Source: a virus. From it: a DNA stretch of 64,000 nucleotides. Of the stretch, positions 8,357 to 15,413 are shown one piece after another. The position numbers and the translations under genes are program-made. Location of the stretch: the IMG/VR virus record IMGVR_UViG_3300045988_090210. The stretch is one strand, 5' to 3'. Every line of letters starts with the position of its first letter. Position 1 is the first letter of the stretch. The notes under the pieces are model-generated. The model saw nothing but the letters and a program-made list of their open reading frames with translations. It had not been told where the DNA came from and did not search any database.

Positions 8357-8619
8357 TGTGTTGAGTTAGGCGGTTGTGTTGTGTGGGTACTACAAGGTGT
8401 TTCGCTTTCGCGCTTTAAAGCGTCATCCATAATCCACCCCGGCGGTGGGTTGACATAACGCTCTGCTGATAACATCAGTTATCCGCTAAAATGGCCAATT
8501 TTGAGAACTTTTTCAGGTAAAAAAATTTTTTGTTAGCACACCAACAATTTTGTGGATCTGAAAAAACACAAGACAAACATGCCTTATTAGGCGTGATTCT
8601 TGCGTTTGCAACACACAAC

Positions 8620-8950
8620 CACATCATACACTACCCATCTTCACATCACATCACACTAACAACCATATCCTTTATATCCTTCACACTTTACTCAACATCA
8701 CGCCATACAATCACCACAACTATTATATACTATATCAATACCATACAATACAGTTATCAAAACCATATTCAATCATATTATAAACCATATTTATATATCA
8801 TTCATACAACCATACAATCTATCAATCATTATCATATCATATAGTATTAAAGACTATAAAGACTATATCACCACCTACACCAGAACAATAATTATTATCA
8901 TATTTTATAATCATTATAACTATATCATATAATCTCAATCTCTATATAAT
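8620..8950 (+). repeat. G-depleted low-complexity tract with AACCATA repeats
   Basis: I counted about 5-7 G in roughly 330 nt. AACCATA occurs at 8661, 8761, 8783 and 8808, with variants. The track ORF 8530..8844 here is low-complexity and not credible as a gene. Confidence 0.7.
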
Positions 8951-8996
8951 ATAGTTTTGAAAATCATATTGAATCATACATTAGGCCGAAATTCCT

Positions 8997-9112
8997 ATAT
9001 TCATTTATTCATGGATATTCATTGAATATTCATATCAATATCAGAGCCAAAAGTGAATATCTGAACTTTTTAAGTGAATAAATGGCGAAAAGTTAATTAA
9101 ATCTATGAATAT
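8997..9112. repeat. Inverted array of ATATTCAT-type 8-mers
   Basis: Forward copies lie at 8997, 9005 (TTATTCAT), 9015 and 9026. Reverse copies (TGAATAT, TGAATAA, ATGAATAT) lie at 9054, 9075 and 9105. Confidence 0.65.
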
Positions 9113-9459
9113 CATAACGTTATAAATATACAAATCCAAGTTAAGGCGTTCAGAGTATAATTATAACCCCCATGCCTAAAAGCAAAACGTAACCGTTTAC
9201 CTTACGTTATAAGGGTGTTTTTGTGTGGTGGACATTTGTATGTAAATAGTATCATCACTATATCACATCATAAAATATATAGTTTACAAAGGCCAGGCGC
9301 AAGCCGCAGCCGTGTAAACAACTGGTGCGGGCGTTAGCAACCGCCCAATACTATAATATAGTATAAGATCTTTCATTCTCTTTTTTATTCCTATATTATA
9401 TATAAATAATATAATACAATATCACTAAAAATCTTTTAATATTTTAGTTATTTTGCCTA

Positions 9460-9487
9460 TTGCAATCTAAGCCAATATAGATATAAT
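9460..9487 (+). promoter_or_regulatory. Promoter of the CTATTGCAA class
   Basis: CCTATTGCAA provides the -35 (TTGCAA at 9460-9465), followed by 16 nt and TATAAT at 9482-9487. Confidence 0.5.
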
Positions 9488-9534
9488 AATAATCACAAGG
9501 CAAACGAAAAAGAATAGAATATCGGAGGTTTAAC

Positions 9535-9621
9535 ATGGACTGGAATACATTCTTTATTATTATTGGGGTTAGCACAATAAGTTATTATATTTGTAAGTTT
9601 TTATTTTGGTTGGATAAATAA
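9535..9621 (+). CDS. 28-aa hydrophobic peptide
   Basis: A GGAGG ribosome-binding site is followed by MDWNTFFIIIGVSTISYYICKFLFWLDK. It falls below the track length cut-off. Confidence 0.4.
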   Translation: MDWNTFFIIIGVSTISYYICKFLFWLDK

Positions 9622-9634
9622 GGAGGAAATAAAA

Positions 9635-9847
9635 ATGAAACTCTATGAACTGCCTGCACGTTATGACGCACGAAAGAGCTTTTACGGCAAGGCCCATGTT
9701 ATTGACTATGAAAACGGAACACTTGAATTACAAAGCTATAATACTATTGTTTCCCGTTGTGTTAATGGAAAAGTCGAAGAGTTGGGCAAGTGGAGCCAAA
9801 CCACAACAAGACATCAAAAAGAGTTTAGAAAGCAGTTTGAATATTAA
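9635..9847 (+). CDS. Small hypothetical protein (70 aa)
   Basis: AAGGAGG ribosome-binding site. Motifs are KSFYGKA, YNTIV and TTTRHQKEF. Confidence 0.55.
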   Translation: MKLYELPARYDARKSFYGKAHVIDYENGTLELQSYNTIVSRCVNGKVEELGKWSQTTTRHQKEFRKQFEY

Positions 9848-9860
9848 GGGGGGTTTGAAA

Positions 9861-10085
9861 ATGGAAAATATTTATTTCAGTTCGGATTACGATACTATAA
9901 ATAAACTGATAAAAAAGTATGGGGCGAAAGGTCTATTTACTACCGGAGAAAATGAAGATGGAGAAAGTATTATTATAACAATTTATTCTGATCGTATTAT
10001 TACAAAGACATTGCAAAAAAATAATTGGATGCGTATTAATACATATTGGGAAGATGGGAACATAGATGAGATCTATGAACGTTAA
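9861..10085 (+). CDS. Small hypothetical protein (74 aa)
   Basis: ATG at 9861 follows GGGGGG. Confidence 0.5.
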   Translation: MENIYFSSDYDTINKLIKKYGAKGLFTTGENEDGESIIITIYSDRIITKTLQKNNWMRINTYWEDGNIDEIYER

Positions 10086-10123
10086 GTTTATTAAATAATA
10101 GAGGAAAGAAAGAGGAGAGAAAA

Positions 10124-10357
10124 ATGACTGAAAGAATGACACAAAAAGAAATTAAACGTTTTGTTACTTTGGGTGTGGCCGAAGCTATTACTCGCCTATC
10201 CTTTGACGCTTGCAACGTTTTGAGAAAAGCACATAGTTTTACAACACTAAACGTTAGTATCGGCGTTTATGGTATGAATGGGGCATTGTTCCGTGATGAA
10301 AACAGCAAACTTTACGCTATTACTTCCAGAACGTCAACACTTTTTCAGATGGTATAA
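10124..10357 (+). CDS. Small hypothetical protein (77 aa) with a GVYGMNG motif
   Basis: GAGGAGAG ribosome-binding site. It shares a G-x-YG-x-N motif with the product of 11312..11644. Confidence 0.55.
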   Translation: MTERMTQKEIKRFVTLGVAEAITRLSFDACNVLRKAHSFTTLNVSIGVYGMNGALFRDENSKLYAITSRTSTLFQMV

Positions 10358-10369
10358 GGAGGCTTGAAA

Positions 10370-10606
10370 ATGAAATACTTGAAATACTTTTGGATTGCTG
10401 CTATTGTGCAGGAAAACGGGCGGCATTATGCTTTTACTTTCAGAGTATCCGAGAACGATAACTTAAAATGCCGGTTAGACGGTGTACAAAATTTATCTTC
10501 TGCAAATATTATGCCCACAAAGAAGGCCGCCCGCGATCTTGTCACTTTTTGGAATGATAGTTTCAAGGCAAATGGAACATATTTATTTGACAAGCCAGGT
10601 TTTTAA
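10370..10606 (+). CDS. Small hypothetical protein (78 aa)
   Basis: ATG at 10370 lies 8 nt after AAGGAGG. Confidence 0.5.
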   Translation: MKYLKYFWIAAIVQENGRHYAFTFRVSENDNLKCRLDGVQNLSSANIMPTKKAARDLVTFWNDSFKANGTYLFDKPGF

Positions 10607-10622
10607 AAAGGAGGGTTTACAA

Positions 10623-10808
10623 ATGCTTTTACGGAAAGATATTGAAGCCATTATGTCAACGCCTGAATTATGGCAAATGTTCCACGAGTTAGAAAAAGCA
10701 TACTCTACCAAAAGAAATAGCCCAGAGATGAACGCACGATATAAGGCCGCTTTTCAAGTGTTTCGTTCACAAGTAGAAAGGCAGAAAGGGCAGCCTATTC
10801 CGTTTTAA
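10623..10808 (+). CDS. Small hypothetical protein (61 aa)
   Basis: ATG at 10623 follows AAGGAGGG. Confidence 0.5.
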   Translation: MLLRKDIEAIMSTPELWQMFHELEKAYSTKRNSPEMNARYKAAFQVFRSQVERQKGQPIPF

Positions 10809-10821
10809 GGAGGTTTAGAAA

Positions 10822-10992
10822 ATGATTGTTTATGTAATTATGGGCGGGATGCAGTTTGGTTGCTGTGTTGATGATGTAAGCATCGAAGCAATTTACACAA
10901 GCAAGAAAAAAGCGGAAAAAGCAAGAGAAAACATAGTGAAAGAAAATAAATACCGGGATTATTGGATTGAAGAATGGGAAACGGAAAAATAA
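10822..10992 (+). CDS. Small hypothetical protein (56 aa)
   Basis: ATG at 10822 follows AAGGAGG. It falls below the track cut-off. Confidence 0.45.
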   Translation: MIVYVIMGGMQFGCCVDDVSIEAIYTSKKKAEKARENIVKENKYRDYWIEEWETEK

Positions 10993-11027
10993 CCAAAAAA
11001 CTTTCCAAATCTTGTGCAAAATGCCTA

Positions 11028-11056
11028 TTGCAAAAGCCTTTGGAATTTGATATCAT
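11028..11056 (+). promoter_or_regulatory. Promoter of the CTATTGCAA class
   Basis: CCTATTGCAA provides the -35 (TTGCAA at 11028-11033), followed by 17 nt and TGaTATCAT ending at 11056. Confidence 0.5.
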
Positions 11057-11059
11057 ATA

Positions 11060-11300
11060 ATCACCGAAAGGAACAAAAAACCTCAACAACTGAACACCGC
11101 CCGGAACCCGAAAGGGCTAAGGCCAAAAGCGCCGGGTCGAAAACTGAAAGAACGGAGCCACAGCCAACGACAGCCAGCCCAGAAGGGCCGATGGTGTGAC
11201 GCTCTGGTGGACAAAGATGGAAGGCCGTTCAATTAAGTAGAGGATTAACGGAAGTTACCACAAGGCTGAAAGTGGGAGAGGAACAAAACAATATTTTTTG
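11060..11300 (+). ncRNA. Candidate structured leader or ncRNA (T-poor, GNRA-hairpin rich)
   Basis: About 240 nt lie between the promoter and ATG 11312 with no credible ORF. GAAA loops occur in CCGAAAGG, CCCGAAAGGG, CTGAAAGA and CTGAAAGT contexts, a GCCC-AGAA-GGGC hairpin is present, and CCCGG/CCGGG helices enclose part of the region. Confidence 0.35.
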
Positions 11301-11311
11301 GAGGTTATATT

Positions 11312-11644
11312 ATGAAATACAAGACTACTACTAAGGCCCTTCGCGCTGGTTCTTGCAATCTTCGTTGTGCTGGTTATTGCGATTTGCAAAACCTCTTAAG
11401 AGCACATGATGCAAACGCATATACTTGCGGCATGTATGGCTGGAATTTTGATGTGTATGAAGTTTATGGTTTGACTATCTGCACGGGCTATCGTGGTATG
11501 CCGGGGAAACGGCTTGAAGGTATCGCAGAGTATGAGAAAAAAGCCGATGCTATCTGGGGCGATTATAATAGGCCGTATGAAGAACAGCGTGAAGAAGTTG
11601 AAAAGCTATTGCATGAGTTTTGCAAGGCCAACGGCGGTTATTAA
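11312..11644 (+). CDS. Small hypothetical protein (110 aa) with GYCDLQNLL and GMYGWNFDVY motifs
   Basis: GGAGG ribosome-binding site. It shares a motif with the product of 10124..10357. Confidence 0.55.
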   Translation: MKYKTTTKALRAGSCNLRCAGYCDLQNLLRAHDANAYTCGMYGWNFDVYEVYGLTICTGYRGMPGKRLEGIAEYEKKADAIWGDYNRPYEEQREEVEKLLHEFCKANGGY

Positions 11645-11660
11645 GAGAGGAGGAAAGAAC

Positions 11661-11873
11661 ATGAACGAATACAAGGACATTATTTCCGTTATCGTGCGGC
11701 ATGAAGGCGGGTACAGGGAGAAGGAAATTTGGAAAAAACCGCATACAATGGAACGAAGCGAAACGTGGAATAAATCCCACAAAGTTATAAACATTTTAGC
11801 GGCAGAACCAGAAGAAGATGGTTATTTTCCCGGTTTTGCGGTTGACCTTGTAACACGGTCTATTTGTGGCTAA
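11661..11873 (+). CDS. Small hypothetical protein (70 aa)
   Basis: ATG at 11661 follows AGAGGAGG. Confidence 0.5.
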   Translation: MNEYKDIISVIVRHEGGYREKEIWKKPHTMERSETWNKSHKVINILAAEPEEDGYFPGFAVDLVTRSICG

Positions 11874-11961
11874 AAAAGAAAGGAATAAAACAACCGGCTT
11901 TCTAAGGGATCTTGAGCCTGTCAAGCCCCATTCCAGAAATGTTTTTTAGGAGGTTTAAAAT

Positions 11962-12132
11962 ATGAACGCTTATAAAGTTAAACAGTTAAAAGAAATGCTT
12001 GCTTATGAAAAAGATTTGGTGAATGGTGGATATGGCGCACACTTGAGTTATAAAGGTAGCGAAGCCGCCTCTATTCAATTAGATGCGGGGGCGCTGGAAT
12101 TGCTTATTGTGTATTATTCACATTGTGGTTAA
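11962..12132 (+). CDS. Small hypothetical protein (56 aa)
   Basis: ATG at 11962 follows TAGGAGG. Confidence 0.45.
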   Translation: MNAYKVKQLKEMLAYEKDLVNGGYGAHLSYKGSEAASIQLDAGALELLIVYYSHCG

Positions 12133-12148
12133 AAGGAGGGTTAAAACA

Positions 12149-12295
12149 ATGTATTTGTTAGAACGTATTAGAGATGGTAGCGACTGGAAAAAGGGCGACA
12201 AAGTATGGAGCGATACAAAATTACCGGGATGGCGTGTCATTGAGTCAACCGGGAAAAAGAAAGAAAAAAAGAGAACAAAAGGAGAATATTATTAA
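12149..12295 (+). CDS. Small basic protein (48 aa)
   Basis: ATG at 12149 follows AAGGAGGG. Confidence 0.45.
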   Translation: MYLLERIRDGSDWKKGDKVWSDTKLPGWRVIESTGKKKEKKRTKGEYY

Positions 12296-12304
12296 AAAAA
12301 GATT

Positions 12305-12332
12305 AGAGGCTTTCGGGCCTCTTTTCTTTTTG
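12305..12332 (+). terminator. Rho-independent terminator
   Basis: AGAGGC-tttcgg-GCCTCT stem-loop followed by a T-run. Confidence 0.65.
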
Positions 12333-12536
12333 CCTATTACCTGTAAAAATCAATCAAAAACGGATCTACAATCGCTTCTGTATCGTCTGCCGTATGTTTT
12401 TACGTCTGACATTGGAATGGCTGTAAGGGGCCTTAAAATGGGCTATAGAGGCATTGCTAAAATAAGCCGTTGTTTTGTTGCTTTTGCAATAGTAGAAACG
12501 TCTAAAAATTTTTTGAGTTTTTGTATAGTTTGACTA

Positions 12537-12565
12537 TTGCAAAACGCTGTAAGATGTGGTATCTT
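12537..12565 (+). promoter_or_regulatory. Promoter of the CTATTGCAA class
   Basis: GACTATTGCAA provides the -35 (TTGCAA at 12537-12542), followed by 17 nt and TGgTATCTT ending at 12565. Confidence 0.45.
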
Positions 12566-12618
12566 ATAACCATAGCAAGGGAAACAACAACAAAGGCCAT
12601 AGGCCGGGAGGAACAAAA

Positions 12619-12786
12619 ATGAAACTGATAGTCGTAAATAGAAACAATATTGAATTAATCGCAAAAATTGAAGCGTTGGGGACATGGGAAGAAGAAAGAT
12701 ATATTGCTGATGAACATAACAGTTTTGACGTCTGGACATGGAATGGAAAAGCATATAAGATTTATAAAGACAGTAAAAGGATTTGA
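12619..12786 (+). CDS. Small hypothetical protein (55 aa)
   Basis: ATG at 12619 follows GGGAGGAAC. Confidence 0.45.
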   Translation: MKLIVVNRNNIELIAKIEALGTWEEERYIADEHNSFDVWTWNGKAYKIYKDSKRI

Positions 12787-12929
12787 AGGAGCTTCGGCCC
12801 CTTTTTCCTTTATCGCTTTAGCGATTTAAAGTGTAACGGTTTAGTTGATTAAATCACTAAATCAAAAAATTTTTCAAATTCCACGTAAATGAGCGTGTAA
12901 TTAAGTGTGTTTTTTAAATTTCCGGCGAT

Positions 12930-13330
12930 ATAGTATATATATGTATATAAATATATGTATATATGAATCTATATTGGATAAATGTGTAAGGTTTTGAATA
13001 TATGGATGGATCTTATATGGATAGATGGATAAATTTAATGGATTGTATAGAGGGGGTTGGATAAATGGATAGATGGGTGAATTTAACGCCATAGGCATGA
13101 ATTTAGATAGGTGGTTGTATATAGCTCAGTCAACGCATAAACCAATCCATGTGCAAAATTCTGTAGATATGTGGATAAGTTGATTGATGTTTGAATAGAT
13201 ATGTAGACGTATAGACAAATAGACAGATGGCCAAAGTTGATATGTAAACCCATCAACCTATTAATAAATACATACAAAATCGCCAAGCTGTGTATGAATA
13301 TATGTGTTTGTAGGCGTGGTTATGTCAATG
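12930..13330 (+). repeat. C-depleted low-complexity tract with GGATA(A/G)ATGG-type repeats
   Basis: TGGATAAATG, ATGGATGGAT, ATGGATAGATGGATAAAT, TTGGATAAATGGATAGATGGGTGAAT and GTGGATAAG occur within about 200 nt. C is scarce throughout. Confidence 0.65.
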
Positions 13331-13407
13331 TAAATATGACTGTTTTTGTATCTGTAAATGGTAATGTAGTTAATTGTGTAGATGCACATAAAAAATTTTT
13401 ATGTCTA

Positions 13408-13436
13408 TTGACAAAGCTAAACGGCTGTGCTATAAT
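13408..13436 (+). promoter_or_regulatory. Sigma-A type promoter
   Basis: TTGACA at 13408-13413, 17 nt, TGcTATAAT ending at 13436. Confidence 0.6.
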
Positions 13437-13513
13437 GGCTTCATAAAATAAAAATGTAAAACCATATGGAAATTTGATTTTTGTTTTTGAGTTAATGAGA
13501 ACGATTCCCATTT

Positions 13514-14206
13514 TTGAATTTGATTTTTGAATTTCAATTTTCAGTTTTGTATTTGCAGAAAGGAAATTTGGTTTTGAGTAAAAAAAATATAAATAAATTT
13601 TTGATTTTAATTTTAGTACTTGAGATCTTAACTACAATTTTTGTTGTTGGATATAAAATTACAGAAATTAAAATAGAAACACAAAAACAAGATCTAAAAA
13701 AAATTATAAATAATAGTATTAAAATTATCAATTTAGAAAGCCAAAATCAATACTTAAAGTTATATATTATAGAATATGATAAGCCGTTTTATGTTATCAC
13801 AGAAGATGATAGATATATGATTGAATGTATTGTGGCAGGTGAAGCCAAGGGAGAATCTATAGAAGGTAAAATGGGTGTTGCTCAATGTTTACTTAATGCT
13901 ATGGCCAAAGACAACCTCTCTGCATCTGAAGTGCGTAAAAAATATCAATATTCTGGTTGGGATGACGAACTGCAAAATTCAAATCCTGATTATTGGGGTG
14001 AGGTCTGTGAGGCTGTAAGCCGTGTTTTCAACGATGGTGAATTTGTGTCTGAAAATCCAATTTTGTTTTTCTATGCGCCTAAACGGGTTTATAGTCGTTG
14101 GCATGAAAGCCTAAACCATGCTGTTACAGTAGGTGACCATAAATTCTTTTATCTTGATGAAGATGTAAATGCAGATTGGTTTTTGAATTTGAAAGGAGAA
14201 GTTTAA
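13514..14206 (+). CDS. Membrane-anchored SleB-like cell-wall hydrolase
   Basis: N-terminal hydrophobic segment, then IVAGEAKGESIEGKMGVAQCLLNAM (the Hydrolase_2 pattern). The start is uncertain, and TTG at 13574 is an alternative. Confidence 0.55.
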   Translation: MNLIFEFQFSVLYLQKGNLVLSKKNINKFLILILVLEILTTIFVVGYKITEIKIETQKQDLKKIINNSIKIINLESQNQYLKLYIIEYDKPFYVITEDDRYMIECIVAGEAKGESIEGKMGVAQCLLNAMAKDNLSASEVRKKYQYSGWDDELQNSNPDYWGEVCEAVSRVFNDGEFVSENPILFFYAPKRVYSRWHESLNHAVTVGDHKFFYLDEDVNADWFLNLKGEV

Positions 14207-14664
14207 TGTTCTGTAATTGTTACCATGTAATCGAGGAAAAGCCGGGTAAATTTAGTGGTGAGTGCTGGGGTACAAGAGAACGTGAAAGATGTTATTGCAA
14301 TGGGGATACGTGTTATTGTACGTATTATCCTGAAAAGCGGAATACAACAATCGATGTCGAAAACAAGGACGAAAATATGGGCAAGGAAAAGACTATCCTG
14401 AATACTGCTGAAATGTGGCTCAAGGCGCAAGAGGATGGTAAAACTTATGTGTCCGATTGTGCTATATATTCTAAGACTGCTGGTTATATGAATAGAAGAT
14501 TTCATGATTCTGCTTGGGGACCAGCTACTTGGGCACATAGCGAGGACAATGAAGATAAAAAGCGTGAACTAGACAATCTAATGTCGACCCAATGGCATGA
14601 AGAAGTGCCTACTATGACCCGTGCAGAAGCAGAATCAAAATTAGGTGTAAAAATTGTTGATTAA
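14206..14664 (+). CDS. Cys-rich hypothetical protein
   Basis: ATG at 14206 follows GAAAGGAG and overlaps the upstream stop. Confidence 0.5.
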   Translation: MFCNCYHVIEEKPGKFSGECWGTRERERCYCNGDTCYCTYYPEKRNTTIDVENKDENMGKEKTILNTAEMWLKAQEDGKTYVSDCAIYSKTAGYMNRRFHDSAWGPATWAHSEDNEDKKRELDNLMSTQWHEEVPTMTRAEAESKLGVKIVD

Positions 14665-14679
14665 ATTTCAATTTATCTA

Positions 14680-14708
14680 TTGACAATACCATTTTTCTAT
14701 GATAGAAT
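14680..14708 (+). promoter_or_regulatory. Sigma-A type promoter upstream of the tRNA
   Basis: TTGACA at 14680-14685, 17 nt, TGaTAGAAT ending at 14708. Confidence 0.55.
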
Positions 14709-14753
14709 CTAATCAAGATAAAGGTTTGCGGTTAGCCTGTAAAACCGCTTTAT

Positions 14754-14829
14754 GGGAGGTTCATATAGTGGTCAAGTATGTACGACTTATAATCGTGTCA
14801 CAGGTGTTCGAATCACCTACCTCCTACCA
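14754..14829 (+). tRNA. tRNA-Ile with anticodon UAU and an encoded CCA end
   Basis: I folded this cloverleaf by hand. The acceptor is GGGAGGT/ACCTCCT (first pair G-U) and the D arm is ATAT/GTAT. The anticodon stem is TACGA/TCGTG with loop CTTATAA. The T arm is AGGTG-TTCGAAT-CACCT, followed by discriminator A and CCA. Confidence 0.8.
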
Positions 14830-15355
14830 GACCGCCTATTGGGGTTCTCGTGCGAAATATAAATAACGAAGTGGGATAATAAAGGTTGTAGAAGATGGGG
14901 GATGCGAAGCATCTTTCCAAATTCAAACCTCCCAACGGCTAAAATCAACTGACCCATAGTTGATGAAAGAGAACAAGGTCACATATCCCCATGAAAGTAG
15001 GATAGTGGGGCACACCAAGCAATCAAACATAGCCGAAGATGCGGAATGTGTGGTAGGGTGAAAGAGCTTTTGGCCAAAGCGTGTAGGTCATGTTTGATTG
15101 TGGAGAACGATAGCGCATGAGCTTGAGTTTTCCTTTGTATCCTTTCTGTTTTAGAAGGTGGCTCCTTCTATAATCCTCATACTCGCTACCTGTTGCCGTA
15201 GGTTGGATGAATAAAGGCGAGACTATATTGAACGAGGCTTCTCAAGGGTTGAGCCTATCAGCCCTATCCCAAAGCCATGTTCCCCATGGCATGGTTTACC
15301 TCCTATACTTCATAATATACTTCCATCACATGGCTCGAATTTGTTTAGAAAAAAC
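14830..15355 (+). ncRNA. Candidate large structured ncRNA (ROOL/GOLLD-like context)
   Basis: About 525 nt immediately 3' of the tRNA are ORF-free and relatively GC-rich. An 11-bp long-range helix pairs 15020-15030 with 15090-15100. Hairpins lie at 14901-14913 (GATGC-GAA-GCATC), 14944-14964, 15152-15170 and 15233-15256. The track ORF start at 15207 is an artefactual 5' extension of the recombinase gene. Confidence 0.4.
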
Positions 15356-15357
15356 TC

Positions 15358-15386
15358 TTGACAAGTTCGAGCCGTTGTGGTATCAT
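15358..15386 (+). promoter_or_regulatory. Sigma-A type promoter for the recombinase gene
   Basis: TTGACA at 15358-15363, 17 nt, TGgTATCAT ending at 15386. The GGCTCGAA/TTCGAGCC inverted repeat straddles the -35. Confidence 0.55.
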
Positions 15387-15413
15387 AAAGACAAATCAAA
15401 GGAGGCCAATAAA

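Noticed and set aside
8530-8844. Track ORF of 104 aa (rich in H, T, I and Y).
   Set aside because: It lies in the G-depleted low-complexity tract, has no ribosome-binding site, and translates into a repetitive low-complexity sequence. It is an artefact of base composition.
11014-11199. Track ORF of 61 aa (rich in P, E, T and K).
   Set aside because: It starts upstream of the -10 box of the local promoter, has no ribosome-binding site, and has a low-complexity product. The region is better explained as a structured leader or ncRNA.
8262-13330. Possibility that the repeat arrays are CRISPR arrays.
   Set aside because: There are no regularly spaced identical repeats of 24-40 nt with unique spacers. 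The repeats are short (8-12 nt), degenerate and irregular, apart from the three 42-bp-phased copies. No cas genes are present.
15207-15413. The 5' extension of the recombinase ORF (track start at 15207).
   Set aside because: A full promoter (15358-15386) and an AAAGGAGG site precede the internal ATG at 15414, and the recombinase N-terminal domain starts there. The extension runs through the structured non-coding region.
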